Assembly (NCBI GenBank): GCA_041674285.1
Contig: JBAYVZ010000002.1
Span: 14,600 to 78,599 of the forward strand
Reading direction: 5' to 3'
Length of the DNA: 64,000 nucleotides
Origin: Minisyncoccota bacterium
GTDB lineage: Bacteria; Patescibacteriota; Minisyncoccia; Phycocordibacterales; UBA9973
The notes beneath the pieces were generated by a model, which was not told the DNA's origin, searched no databases, and saw nothing but the letters and a program-made list of their open reading frames with translations. This document shows, one piece after another, positions 46,501 to 56,136 of the stretch. How positions within the stretch are numbered: the first letter of the stretch is position 1; each line of letters starts with the position of its first letter. A program made the translations under genes and the position numbers.

Positions 46501-47022
46501 ACCTTCATAAAGGAGCCCCTTGTTATTCAGCTCACCCAGGGCCCACCAGACACTCTCGATAAAACTATTATCCATAGTCTTGTATGAATTATCGAAATCC
46601 ACCCATCGCCCCATACGCTCGACAGTCTTTTTCCATTCTGATACATAGGTCAATACCTTGCTACGAGCATGTTCCGAGAATTTCTCTATGCCGTATTCTT
46701 CGATAGCTTTTTTACCAGAGATGCCTAGATCTTTTTCTACGATATTCTCTATCGGTAGACCATGACAATCCCAACCCCATCTACGAGGTACAGAGTAACC
46801 ACGCATAGTCTGATATCTACCTACGACATCTTTTGCAGTAGATCCTAGAATATGGCCATAGTGCGGGAGTCCTGTAGCAAAAGGTGGTCCATCATAGAAA
46901 ACATACTTCCCTTTTGGTGCTTCCTTTTCGATACTCTTTTTAAAAGTATCGTTTTCTTTCCAAAACGATAGTATCTTTTCCTCGCGCTCTGCATTTTGTG
47001 ATTTTATATTTTTTTCTTCCAT
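43537..47022 (-). CDS. ileS: isoleucyl-tRNA synthetase (type 2) carrying an inserted histidine-phosphatase (PGAM/SixA-like) domain
   Basis: 1161 aa; PPFATGLPHYGHIL (HIGH), KMSKS (KMSKSKNN), editing domain; about 200 aa insert at aa ~500-700 with RHGEASHN, SPFMRARETA and VTHGG motifs. Confidence 0.9.
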   Translation of the reverse strand: MEEKNIKSQNAEREEKILSFWKENDTFKKSIEKEAPKGKYVFYDGPPFATGLPHYGHILGSTAKDVVGRYQTMRGYSVPRRWGWDCHGLPIENIVEKDLGISGKKAIEEYGIEKFSEHARSKVLTYVSEWKKTVERMGRWVDFDNSYKTMDNSFIESVWWALGELNNKGLLYEGVRVLAYCPRCETPIANSEIAMDNSYKDITDISVYVKFKLVDVENTYLLAWTTTPWTLPGNTAIAINKDLQYVYVKNNVPDKDETFIIAKDLFENLKTKFVNPEIIKEVSGNELVGLSYEPVFDYYKNTDMPNKENIWKVWHADFITADAGTGIAHEAPAFGEDDMNLAKENNIPFIRHVEPNGVFSVEVTDFAGQYVKPKSEDEKIRFQADINIIKYLQESGAYFDKEKIKHSYPHCYRCDTPLLYYALPSWFVNIQKVKADLLEKAESMNWVPAHLKDGRFHHTMENAPDWTISRNRYWASPLPIWKSESGQMMFTSSVDDLKSKVKKSGNKYFVMRHGEASHNIGGMISDDVNEINHLTENGTDQVKKSAQDFKDKKIDIIFASPFMRARETASVLAENISVDSESILVDERLGEFMIGNKDFKTWKEYHDKLPKTVENFSFAYTGGESYQSLKNRVMDFIYEIESKYKNKNIVIVTHGGPSWLLSAGSRGYNADEALSMIRDRKDFHYLGNAEYFELDFSPLPHNANYDLDLHRPYIDHIVLVDGEGREYKRIPEVIDCWFESGSMPFAQDHYPFENPEWKQNNFPGGFVAEYIAQTRTWFYYTHAISTMLFGEAPFKNVVTTGTVLAEDGSKMSKSKNNYPDPWILFDKYGVDALRFYLMSSTLMKGEDVNFSEKGVQDIASKIVSRLENVATFYELYRDVSIENGELDLEKNTNVLDQWILARLSSLVSEVTVSMDAYDMAGATRPFELFIEDLSTWYLRRSRDRLKDGDINAKKTLYSVLKTTVSVLAPFAPFISESVWQKLKNENDAESVHLCDWSAFSYENSDVVGMMQQVRDVVTLGLQSRQKAGVPVRQPLGKFSIPMEFTSLYIEIIKDELNVKEIVCDKSLSDVVMDFEITPELKKEGQYREFVRAAQDLRKKTGLMPADVVTLYVQCGEIEKDIVNTFLPEFQKTTGVREVVWGDTSGDEIKIGDLIFVVKIEK

Positions 47023-47039
47023 GTTATTTACGGAGCAAA

Positions 47040-47335
47040 TTATTTTCTTTTCGAACGGTCTGGCCTCGTGTAATCACGAGGAGATCCGAGGACCTGAGAA
47101 AAGAATATAATTTGCGAAGTACTATATTAATAATATTAAATGAAAAATCGCCCTTGAATAATGTCCCGTCGGGACACATTCCAAGGGCGATTTTTTACCG
47201 CGGTACCACCTTGCTTACTTCTCATTTACTGGGTTCTACTTTTGCATAGGTTGGACCTCTGCAGATTTCTTCCCAAGACTCCAGGGTGATAGCCCCTTCG
47301 ACATCTGTATATACAGAATAACCATAAAGCACTAA
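47040..47335 (-). promoter_or_regulatory. T-box riboswitch leader of ileS
   Basis: minus-strand AAGCAAGGTGGTACCGCGG (T-box consensus, rc of 47198..47216) directly upstream of a terminator hairpin aatcgcccttg/caagggcgatt + U-tract (47143..47195); AUC triplet present in the candidate specifier region. Confidence 0.7.
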
Positions 47336-47372
47336 AAAAGCAAGATTTTCATCTTGCTTTTTTATTACATTT
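47333..47372. terminator. terminator after argS
   Basis: aagcaagat-tttc-atcttgctt with flanking A/T runs. Confidence 0.7.
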
Positions 47373-49080
47373 TTTCTGGAGTTTTGATACCTAGAAGATA
47401 AAGGCCGTTTTGCATTGTAGTGTGGAATGCAGATACGAGAGCCACACGATACGGTGCATATGGATCATTCTTGTTCACTATCACAGTATTGCCATAGAAA
47501 GAGTTGAATGCAGATGCGAGCTCGGTCAGATACGTAGCGATATGATGGGGTTCTAGTTGTTCATATGCATGCGCTACTACCTCTGGGAATCTGTACAGAG
47601 TCTTTTCCAAAACAGTGATATCAGATGGTATGTCTGTATACGCTACGCAAATACCCTCGCCCTCGGCTTTCTTGTGGATACCATTTGCGCGCACTGCTGT
47701 GTACTGCAGATATGGACCAGAGTCACCATCAAAAGAAATAGATTTTTCAAAATCATAGATGATATCAGATCCGAGTGATGAACGGAGGATAGAATATTTC
47801 AGTGCGGCTACTCCTACAGTCTGAGCGATATTATCTTTCTCCTCGGCAGATAGCTCACGCTCGGCTACCTTTTCTCGAACTACATCCATAGAATCCTGGA
47901 GAAGTGATTCACCTGTGACTACATTACCCTTGCGAGAAGACATCTTGCCAGAGGCGAGGCGCATCATACCATGAGTGATATGCTTCATCTTTTTCTCAAG
48001 ATCTGGATGCATGAGTGATATAGCCTGTTGAACTACCTTCATATACTCGCCCTGCTCAATAGCTGTAGTCACTATAGATAGATCGAGGTTTTCTTCCTTT
48101 TCGAATTTTGTCATTGTCAGACCGATCTCCTTTGTCTCGTATAGTGGCAGACCACTACTAGTGATGAATACTCGAGTGTGTAGTTTTGGATTGTATTTAT
48201 CTGCTTTGAATACTATTGCACCATCAGACTCCTCGAATACATTTGGAGTATTCGCACGGACGATCTTCTCACCGATTGGAGCCATGACAGACTCGAAGAA
48301 ATAGTGATTGAATTTTGTACCTAGAAGTGAATAGATTTTTTCAAAGGCAGCGAGTGTCACTTCTCTACCCCATGCGTAGATTTTATTTATCTCTTCATCA
48401 CTCTTGTCATAAACTTTTTTATTTATCGCATCTATAGCACTCTTTGCATCAGGATTATTCTCGTACTCATCACTACCTTTTGCATACTGCACTCCTATAT
48501 ACTGTGCCTTTTCTGAGACAGAAAGATTCTCATCTGGCATACCAAAATTCTGCAATCCATATATCGCTTTTGCTACGTGTAGACCCACATCCCCTTGATA
48601 GTTCGCACGAACAGTCTTTGCACCAGAGAATTCTACGATACGAGCGATAGATTCACCAATAGCATTGGTCATAAGGTGCCCGATATGAAATGGCTTGAAT
48701 GGATTCGGATCTGTATACTCCACCATTATTTTCTTGCCATTAGACAATTCATTTTTCCCCCAATTTTCTTTTTTATTCAAAATATCTTTTACGCTACCGA
48801 CAAAGAATTCACGTGATAGGTAAAAGTTTATAAATCCTGCCCCTGCTACTTCTATTTTTGAGATTTCTTTTGGAAGATTCTTTTCAATCTCAATCTTTAT
48901 CTCGTCTGCGAGAGCGCGAGGATTCTTACCAGATTGCTTTGCATAGGCCATGGCTACATTTGTAGAGTAGTCTCCATTATTCAAATCAGCAGGATGCTCC
49001 AGGGTAATAGCCGTAGCCTCGATTCCGAGGTTCTTTAGAGCTTCTAGTATTGTATTTTGTATCTGTATTTTTATATTCAT
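47365..49080 (-). CDS. argS: arginyl-tRNA synthetase
   Basis: HIGH (PFHIGHLMT), DALR anticodon-binding C-terminus; start taken at MNIKIQ (49080), 1 nt after the dut stop. Confidence 0.9.
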   Translation of the reverse strand: MNIKIQIQNTILEALKNLGIEATAITLEHPADLNNGDYSTNVAMAYAKQSGKNPRALADEIKIEIEKNLPKEISKIEVAGAGFINFYLSREFFVGSVKDILNKKENWGKNELSNGKKIMVEYTDPNPFKPFHIGHLMTNAIGESIARIVEFSGAKTVRANYQGDVGLHVAKAIYGLQNFGMPDENLSVSEKAQYIGVQYAKGSDEYENNPDAKSAIDAINKKVYDKSDEEINKIYAWGREVTLAAFEKIYSLLGTKFNHYFFESVMAPIGEKIVRANTPNVFEESDGAIVFKADKYNPKLHTRVFITSSGLPLYETKEIGLTMTKFEKEENLDLSIVTTAIEQGEYMKVVQQAISLMHPDLEKKMKHITHGMMRLASGKMSSRKGNVVTGESLLQDSMDVVREKVAERELSAEEKDNIAQTVGVAALKYSILRSSLGSDIIYDFEKSISFDGDSGPYLQYTAVRANGIHKKAEGEGICVAYTDIPSDITVLEKTLYRFPEVVAHAYEQLEPHHIATYLTELASAFNSFYGNTVIVNKNDPYAPYRVALVSAFHTTMQNGLYLLGIKTPEKM

Positions 49081-49081
49081 A

Positions 49082-49504
49082 TTACTTTTTTCCCGTACTA
49101 CCGAATGCACCCTCACCACGGACTGACTCACTCAATATATCAACTTCCTCTAATTCTGCAATAGCTACTGGGTAAATGATGAGCTGGGCGACTTTGTCAC
49201 CCTCTTCTACTGTATACGGTTCACTACCTAGATTCACTAGATGTGTATTGTACTCTCCACGGTATCCAGCGTCATATACACCACCCATAGTATGGAGTCC
49301 TGCACGAGATACACTACTCTTGTCCTTCACTATCGCAGCATACCCAGTCGGGAATTCGAGTCCAAATCCATGAAAGAAAATATGATGTGCCCCCGGTTGT
49401 AATACCACTGTCTCCATCGCATACATATCCGTACCTACATCCCCCGGATTGGCATACTGTGGCAGCTTTGCATTCTCTTTTAATTTTTTAATTTTTATTT
49501 TCAT
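49082..49504 (-). CDS. dut: dUTP diphosphatase
   Basis: 140 aa; dUTPase motifs (GDVGTDMYA, SRAGL, GVYDAGYRGE). Confidence 0.85.
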   Translation of the reverse strand: MKIKIKKLKENAKLPQYANPGDVGTDMYAMETVVLQPGAHHIFFHGFGLEFPTGYAAIVKDKSSVSRAGLHTMGGVYDAGYRGEYNTHLVNLGSEPYTVEEGDKVAQLIIYPVAIAELEEVDILSESVRGEGAFGSTGKK

Positions 49505-49995
49505 GATAGAAATAATTCCTTAACTTCTTTACTATGCATTGCTCCTACAAAATCATTTGGGTTTTCTTTTAACTCTCTCAATAGTTCTTCTTTTGTGAAC
49601 CATTTTAATTGTTCCACTTCACTCTCTTGGGCAGTCAATTTTTTTTCTCTTGAGAATTGTGCAGTGAATATCTGTAAAAATCTTTTTCCAGCAGTAGTAT
49701 CACCGTACATTTTTTTTGACATAGTAAGAGGTACATCATTCACTCCTATCTCCTCCTCCATTTCCTTGTATGCATTGCTCTCATATGTCTCGCCTTCTTC
49801 TACGGTTCCAGCTACTGCTGCACTCCATAATCCTGGATTATTTTTTTTATCCAATTTTCTTTGTTGCATCAAGACATCACCATTCTCATCTGTAATCCAT
49901 ATAGATGTTATACGAATAATATCCTCAGGGTTTCTATCTGATCTATCTTTATAACCTATTATCTCATCTTGCTCATTTACTACTGGGATCTTCAT
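49501..49995 (-). CDS. NUDIX hydrolase
   Basis: NUDIX box GTVEEGETYESNAYKEMEEEIGV. Confidence 0.75.
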   Translation of the reverse strand: MKIPVVNEQDEIIGYKDRSDRNPEDIIRITSIWITDENGDVLMQQRKLDKKNNPGLWSAAVAGTVEEGETYESNAYKEMEEEIGVNDVPLTMSKKMYGDTTAGKRFLQIFTAQFSREKKLTAQESEVEQLKWFTKEELLRELKENPNDFVGAMHSKEVKELFLS

Positions 49996-50071
49996 ATAAA
50001 GTAATTATACACATAAAAAGGCAAACAAAAAGTCCCTTCTTTTTATCGAGAGGACTTTTGCTTTAATGGTG

Positions 50072-50407
50072 TCAACGTTTAATGATATGTTCTGCTGTGA
50101 AGAAATACTCCTCAAATAGTGCTTGGGTTATTGATTCGTAAGCAATTAAATTTGCTAAATCATCAAAAGCCCTAACAACTTCTCGGTATGTATATTCATC
50201 AATTTCTTCTTTTGCTCTCCATGAGTATTCAAAGCAGTCATTTTTAGTAGCTTCAAAATCTTCTTTTGAGAAAAAATTATCTTGATAGATAACACGAGAA
50301 AAATAAGCGAGATCAATTTCTTTATTGATCAGCTTTCCAAAAACATAGTTTCTGAAAAGATCTAAGCTGTGGTTTGACATAAAATTGGGATTTAATTTTA
50401 CCTTCAT
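50072..50407 (-). CDS. hypothetical protein
   Basis: 111 aa acidic ORF; no family recognised. Confidence 0.35.
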   Translation of the reverse strand: MKVKLNPNFMSNHSLDLFRNYVFGKLINKEIDLAYFSRVIYQDNFFSKEDFEATKNDCFEYSWRAKEEIDEYTYREVVRAFDDLANLIAYESITQALFEEYFFTAEHIIKR

Positions 50408-50437
50408 ACTACCCCTATACCATATATTGTCAATACC

Positions 50438-51157
50438 TTACTTTTTGGGTACCTTTTTGATTTTTGGGAGGGATTTGATTGCTTTGGCGTACACTTCCTC
50501 ATGTATATCTTCTCGAGTACGCAGAGTATTTTTGATAGAGCAATCCACCTGTACATAATTCTTTTGTGTCTTGGCTAGCCACAGTGCACTCGCACGAGAA
50601 TTCTCGAGAAAATTATTATCCTTTTCATGGACATCCTGCTTCTTGCCTAGATAAGCACGTGCATCCTTTTTATTCCTCTCGGCCATTAAAGCTTTACTGA
50701 TAGCTATAGGTAGACTCAGGTAGAATATCACATCCGGTCTTGGTATCTTGAATACTTCATGCTCCATCTCGTCTAGCCACTCTATGAATGCTTGGCGCTT
50801 TTTTGTATTCTTTATCTTTCCACCTTGATGGATCTGATTGGCACTCACATACCTATTCGCAATCACGATATAGCCCTTTGCGAGCCAATCCTCCATCTGC
50901 CCCTTGGACTCAAATCTATCTGCCGCGTACAGGACCGAGGCGATCTTTGGGTGAACATTCACAAAATTGTAGTACTGCTCGGAGAGGCAGTGCCCGATGA
51001 ATTTACCAAAAAAGTTCTGATAGTATTCTGGAAAATCTACAGTCTTTACTGTATAACCATCCCACTTTAATCTCTTCATCAATAAATCCACCTGAGTAGC
51101 CTTACCACTACCATCTGTACCATCTATCACTATTAGTTTTCCTTTTATTTTTTTCAT
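50438..51157 (-). CDS. tmk: thymidylate kinase
   Basis: P-loop IVIDGTDGSGKATQ, DRF-like motif (AADRFESK), LID region; start taken at MKKIKGK. Confidence 0.75.
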   Translation of the reverse strand: MKKIKGKLIVIDGTDGSGKATQVDLLMKRLKWDGYTVKTVDFPEYYQNFFGKFIGHCLSEQYYNFVNVHPKIASVLYAADRFESKGQMEDWLAKGYIVIANRYVSANQIHQGGKIKNTKKRQAFIEWLDEMEHEVFKIPRPDVIFYLSLPIAISKALMAERNKKDARAYLGKKQDVHEKDNNFLENSRASALWLAKTQKNYVQVDCSIKNTLRTREDIHEEVYAKAIKSLPKIKKVPKK

Positions 51158-51161
51158 ATAT

Positions 51162-52031
51162 TTATCCCAAGGGTACTGCATCAGAAATTTCTTCTTGATC
51201 AGGATATTCCTTTCTTATTTTTTCTATATCATCATTATCCATTATAAAATCCAATGCTCCAAGATTTTGATTTAAATGTTCTTCACTACGAGTCTTTGAA
51301 AGAGTTATCACGTATGGTTGAGAAACTAACCAATTGATAGCGATTTGAGCTGGAGTTTTTTTATATTTTTCAGCCATATCTAAAATAATCTGAGGGGCGT
51401 CTTCTGAAAACATTCCTTTTTGTAATGGCCTCCATGCACTAATAAAAATATCATTTTTCTGGCAATATTCAACGACACCTTTCAGCTCTGGCTCCCTAAA
51501 AATCAAATTGTAGTGCACTTGATTGCAAACAATTTTATTATTCGTATAACTTTGAGCTTCTTTTAAACTCTCAACGGTGAAATTACAAACTCCAATATTT
51601 TTTATAAAACCATTTTCTTTTAGAAAATCTAGGGCTCTCATTGTCTCCTGCAATGGGATTTCTGGATTACAAAAATGAATCAGATAAAGATCTAGATAAT
51701 CTACGCCCAATCTTTCCAAGCTTTTCTTGCAAGAATTTATAACACCGTCAAATGAAAGATTTTCTTTTTTTACTTTTGAAGCTATAAATAATGTAGATCG
51801 ATCAAAATCTTTAATAGCTTTACCTATCAATACCTCGGTATAACCATCAGCATATAATTCAGCCGTATCTATATGTGTAATACCAGCATTTATGGCCGCT
51901 TTTATTCCATTTATATCAGCAGAGTCATCGTTTGAAATATCTCTTTCTAATCTACCCCCCATCTGCCATGTACCCAATCCATACACTGGCATTTCAAATC
52001 CTGTATTTAATTTTTTTGTTGGAATTTTCAT
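51162..52031 (-). CDS. aldo/keto reductase
   Basis: 289 aa; AKR motifs (YGLGTW, IDTAELYADG, tetrad residues). Confidence 0.85.
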   Translation of the reverse strand: MKIPTKKLNTGFEMPVYGLGTWQMGGRLERDISNDDSADINGIKAAINAGITHIDTAELYADGYTEVLIGKAIKDFDRSTLFIASKVKKENLSFDGVINSCKKSLERLGVDYLDLYLIHFCNPEIPLQETMRALDFLKENGFIKNIGVCNFTVESLKEAQSYTNNKIVCNQVHYNLIFREPELKGVVEYCQKNDIFISAWRPLQKGMFSEDAPQIILDMAEKYKKTPAQIAINWLVSQPYVITLSKTRSEEHLNQNLGALDFIMDNDDIEKIRKEYPDQEEISDAVPLG

Positions 52032-52032
52032 A

Positions 52033-52455
52033 TTATTTTTCTATATCAAAAAAATTGCGACCAGTTTTATAAGAATCAATACCCTGCATTGTAAAATCAA
52101 AAATAGGACTAGGGAGATTGTCTAGGTCGTACCAGCCCCAGTCTCCAATCTTTTCATTCTCAAAAGTTACAGGCTCACCACTCTCCCATTCAGCATACAT
52201 CTCTATATTCACATAATGCTTTGGGGCATAATTAAAATTATTTGATACATATAAAAACTTAATGTTTTTTACTTCCAAACCACACTCCTCTCTGATCTCC
52301 CGACGAATACATTCTTCAAAAGATTCACCATATTCAAGGTGACCACCTGGCGCAGAATACTCTCCTTCTCCAAAAGAATTCTTTCTTTTACCCAAGAGAA
52401 TTTTCCCATCTTTCAATAGAACTACCCCCATACCCACTTTTGGTCTTTGATCCAT
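52033..52455 (-). CDS. NUDIX hydrolase
   Basis: NUDIX box GGHLEYGESFEECIRREIREECGL. Confidence 0.8.
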   Translation of the reverse strand: MDQRPKVGMGVVLLKDGKILLGKRKNSFGEGEYSAPGGHLEYGESFEECIRREIREECGLEVKNIKFLYVSNNFNYAPKHYVNIEMYAEWESGEPVTFENEKIGDWGWYDLDNLPSPIFDFTMQGIDSYKTGRNFFDIEK

Positions 52456-52459
52456 AAAA

Positions 52460-52951
52460 TTATTTCTCTCCTAATTCTTTTAATGCTTCGGATGCGTAGA
52501 ATAGTACATTGGGCACAAGGCTTGCATTCTCTAATTCTTCCATTGTGAACCATTTTGTCTCGACACCCTTTTCGTGATCAAGAATGGAATCCGCAATTAC
52601 ATCACTATCTGTAGTAGCAAAATACACTAGTGCAATATGCTCATGATCATCAGACACTGGATGTCTACCCATATATCTAGGTGGTATAAGGTATTTATAT
52701 CCACGATTCGACGGACTATCTTCATCCATACCATCTGCGGACCCCACTATTTTAATATCCAGACCAACTTCCTCCTTTACCTCACGGTATGCAGCTTGCA
52801 CAGGATCCTCGTCTAGCTCTATATGCCCACCGATCGATAACCAGAATTTATATTTGTCATGCATACGAAGTAACACTTTGTTTTTATATACAATAAATAC
52901 TTCTACACAAAAATCTATCTTTTCATGAATATGCGCCATACTATTTTTCAA
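52460..52951 (-). CDS. NUDIX hydrolase
   Basis: NUDIX box GGHIELDEDPVQAAYREVKEEVGL. Confidence 0.75.
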   Translation of the reverse strand: MKNSMAHIHEKIDFCVEVFIVYKNKVLLRMHDKYKFWLSIGGHIELDEDPVQAAYREVKEEVGLDIKIVGSADGMDEDSPSNRGYKYLIPPRYMGRHPVSDDHEHIALVYFATTDSDVIADSILDHEKGVETKWFTMEELENASLVPNVLFYASEALKELGEK

Positions 52952-53354
52952 AAATATTTTGCATGATTTCGACTATTTCAGATTCTGATGTATATGGATG
53001 AATTTCAAAATCCTTATTACCGACAATCATAGCAGAAACTTTTTTACCTTCTACTTTTAAATACAGACAATAAATCTTTTTATTTAATTTTTCCGCATAG
53101 GCGATCTCGTACCCGACTCCAAGGGATGGATTGGTGATATCAGCGATGACGATGTCGCACTCCTCTATCAACCCTACATCTCTAGTATATATCTCTTCAT
53201 CAGTCATATTTGTGGATCCGTAGCTTGTCATATTTTTATCTGCTACGAATTCGGAAAGAACTTCACCATAATTAGAAATTTGTTTTACGATAAAGTCATA
53301 CCATACCTGATAATCCCTCCCTCCGCTTATTGACCCTGAGAAATATATTTTCAT
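52941..53354 (-). CDS. 2'-deoxynucleoside 5'-phosphate N-hydrolase (DNPH1/Rcl-like, nucleoside 2-deoxyribosyltransferase fold)
   Basis: 137 aa; MKIYFSGSISGGR...VLSEFVADK...DIVIADITNPSLGVGYEIAYA lines up with the DNPH1 signature (YFCGSIRGGR...PSLGVGYELGRA). Confidence 0.65.
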   Translation of the reverse strand: MKIYFSGSISGGRDYQVWYDFIVKQISNYGEVLSEFVADKNMTSYGSTNMTDEEIYTRDVGLIEECDIVIADITNPSLGVGYEIAYAEKLNKKIYCLYLKVEGKKVSAMIVGNKDFEIHPYTSESEIVEIMQNIFEK

Positions 53355-53357
53355 AGA

Positions 53358-54539
53358 TTATTTACCTCTTAAAATCTTATCCATCTTTACGGCAATCTTT
53401 ATCATATCCTTTTCCTTTCTTCCGCGAGTAGTCTCTGCACATGTACCGAGGCGGATACCAGATGGATCCATCACGGAGCGCTTGTCTCCTGGAATAGTAT
53501 TCATATTCACTATGATGCCTGCCTTTTCTAACTTCTTGCTCGCATCACTACCTGCAACGCCAGCACCATCCATCCATGTATCTACTAGGATCAGATGTGA
53601 ATCTGTACCACCAGAGATGATATGCCACCCGAGCTTTTTCAATTCTTTTGCTAGTGTCTGCGCATTCTTCACTACTTGCTTTGCATACTTTTTGAATTCT
53701 GGTTTTGAAGCTTCAGCCAGTGCTATAGCTACTGCTGCTATATTGTTCTCGTGTGGACCACCGAAAAGTCCAGGGATGACCATCTTGTCGAGTTTCTTGT
53801 CAAAACCTCTCTCGTCTTTTTTAACAAAGAGGAGTGCTTGTCTCGGACCACGGAGAGATTTGTGAGTAGTAGTCATCACAGAGTCAGCATATGGGAATGG
53901 TGATGGATATGCACCACCAGCTACTAGTCCTCCAAAGTGTGACATGTCTACATGAAGTATCGCACCGCATGCATCAGCGATAGCACGGAATTTCTTGAAG
54001 TCTACAGTACGTGGGTATGCAGTGAATCCTGCGACGATTATCGCTGGCTTCTCTTTCTTTGCTATTTCCATGAGTGCATCATAGTCTATCACTTCACTTT
54101 CTCCATCGAGTTCGAATTGCACAGGCTTCCAGAGCTTGCCTGTCATAGACAGTGGGTGTCCGTGTGTGAGGTGTCCACCGGATGTGAGCTTCATACCCAT
54201 GATCTTCTCCCCTAGCGGTACGAGCGCAGAGTACAGTGCAAAGTTCGCAGGAGATCCGGATAGTAGCTGGGCATTCACATGCCAATCAGTATTTTTCAAT
54301 TTGAATAGTTTTAGAGCACGATCGATGCAGAGCTGTTCTACCTGATCTATTATCTCATTGCCACCATAGTAGCGACGGCCCGGGTACCCCTCGGCATATT
54401 TGTTTGTCAGCGTTGAACCCAATGCGGCGAGCACATCCCGTGATACATAGTTCTCAGATGCGATTAGATTCACCACACTCTTCTGACGCTTGTCTTCTGC
54501 CTTTATAAGTTTTTCTACCTGTTTGTCTTTCATTGCCAT
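53358..54539 (-). CDS. glyA: serine hydroxymethyltransferase
   Basis: 393 aa; LIASENYVS, PLP-lysine region (TTTHKSLRGPR). Confidence 0.9.
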   Translation of the reverse strand: MAMKDKQVEKLIKAEDKRQKSVVNLIASENYVSRDVLAALGSTLTNKYAEGYPGRRYYGGNEIIDQVEQLCIDRALKLFKLKNTDWHVNAQLLSGSPANFALYSALVPLGEKIMGMKLTSGGHLTHGHPLSMTGKLWKPVQFELDGESEVIDYDALMEIAKKEKPAIIVAGFTAYPRTVDFKKFRAIADACGAILHVDMSHFGGLVAGGAYPSPFPYADSVMTTTHKSLRGPRQALLFVKKDERGFDKKLDKMVIPGLFGGPHENNIAAVAIALAEASKPEFKKYAKQVVKNAQTLAKELKKLGWHIISGGTDSHLILVDTWMDGAGVAGSDASKKLEKAGIIVNMNTIPGDKRSVMDPSGIRLGTCAETTRGRKEKDMIKIAVKMDKILRGK

Positions 54540-54630
54540 ATAGATTTAAAAAAATTAGGGATTAATATAGGTATTCTATCACAGTAAAAAGATAAACAAA
54601 AAGCCAGTATTTTCCTTGGAAAATCTGGCT

Positions 54631-55101
54631 TTAGTGTGCAACAATCTGTTTTGTGCACAATAATGTGTCGTTATTATCATAGAAGAAATAACGAACACAG
54701 ACATAAGGGTAATCTCCTAATCTTTTCTTTTTAAAGATATAGGTAAAAGAATCTTTGGCGCAAGTGTCTTCAATAAATTTTTCCTTTATAATTTCACCTT
54801 TACGAAAAACAGCTCCCCATGTAGAGATGCATATCCTGCCCCCGACTAATTTCGGGCGAGATATGTACACATCAGAATCATCTGGTCCGCCACGAATATA
54901 AGCTTTTGACTTAAATGGCATTGGGATTTTTAGGCTATCTACGGAATTTGGCCAATAATTTGGCTGTGTTTCTATACTACTTTTATTTAATATTTTCTCT
55001 TGTTCAGTTTTTTTGATAAAAGGGAAAATAACAATAAAAATTAATATAACAAAAATAGTAGACAATTCATTGAACAGCGTATTTTGTTTTATGTCGTCCA
55101 T
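54631..55101 (-). CDS. hypothetical membrane-anchored protein
   Basis: 156 aa; N-terminal TM helix; terminator hairpin downstream. Confidence 0.4.
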   Translation of the reverse strand: MDDIKQNTLFNELSTIFVILIFIVIFPFIKKTEQEKILNKSSIETQPNYWPNSVDSLKIPMPFKSKAYIRGGPDDSDVYISRPKLVGGRICISTWGAVFRKGEIIKEKFIEDTCAKDSFTYIFKKKRLGDYPYVCVRYFFYDNNDTLLCTKQIVAH

Positions 55102-55188
55102 AATGTAATTATTTTAATTAAAATGTACGCCTAAAATACAAAATCGTCAAGGGTGGTGCTCTCTGTATAAAAAAAGTACAATATATCC

Positions 55189-56130
55189 ATGGACAAATAT
55201 CACGCAGATAACATATATCTAGATCTAATAGAAAGGATTAAAAATGAGGGTTCTCAAAAGGGTGACCGCACGGGGACAGGGACATTATCAATATTCGGGC
55301 ATCAGATGCGTTTTGATTTATCAAAAGGCTTTCCACTACTTACAACAAAAAAAGTCCCCATAAAAGCAATCATTCATGAATTGATTTGGTTCGTACGGGG
55401 AGATAGCAACTTGAAATATCTCGCGGACAACAATGTGCACATATGGGACGAGTGGCCATACAAGGCATATCTCATAAGGAACAATATCCCCGTACCTGCC
55501 ACAGGTAGCGAAGAGTGGAGTAAAGGGATAAAAGAATTCATTGAAAAAATAAAAGCAGATGAAGATTTTGCAAAAGATTACGGAAACCTAGGGCCAATAT
55601 ATGGATATCAATGGCGCAACTGGCCTACACCAAATGGTGGACACATAGATCAATTGAAAAATGTCATCGAGCAATTAAAGAAAAATCCAAACGACAGGAG
55701 GATGATAGTATCAGCATGGAATGTAGCAGACATCGATGAGATGGCCAAAGCAGGCCTACCGCCATGCCACTGCCTATTCCAATTCTATGTAGCCAATGGA
55801 AAATTGTCTTGCCAGCTATACCAACGTAGCTGTGATACATTCCTGGGTGTACCATTCAACATAGCGTCATATTCAATACTGATAATGATGATCGCTCAAG
55901 TCACAGGATTAGAGCCTGGTGAATTTGTTTGGACTGGCGGAGATGTACATCTATATAATAATCACATGGAGCAAACAGAAATTCAATTGTCTCGCAGGCA
56001 AGACATTCGCCCTATGCCAAAAATGAAGATTAATCCTGAAATTAAAAATATTGAAGATTTTACTATTAATGATTTCGAGCTTTTAGATTACAACCCACAC
56101 GATTCGATCAAAGCTCCTATCGCAGTATAA
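55189..56130 (+). CDS. thyA: thymidylate synthase (ThyA)
   Basis: 313 aa; active site [11 protein letters not shown], dUMP-binding motifs ([21 protein letters not shown]). Confidence 0.9.
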   Translation: MDKYHADNIYLDLIERIKNEGSQKGDRTGTGTLSIFGHQMRFDLSKGFPLLTTKKVPIKAIIHELIWFVRGDSNLKYLADNNVHIWDEWPYKAYLIRNNIPVPATGSEEWSKGIKEFIEKIKADEDFAKDYGNLGPIYGYQWRNWPTPNGGHIDQLKNVIEQLKKNPNDRRMIVSAWNVADIDEMAKAGLPPCHCLFQFYVANGKLSCQLYQRSCDTFLGVPFNIASYSILIMMIAQVTGLEPGEFVWTGGDVHLYNNHMEQTEIQLSRRQDIRPMPKMKINPEIKNIEDFTINDFELLDYNPHDSIKAPIAV

Positions 56131-56136
56131 TAATAT

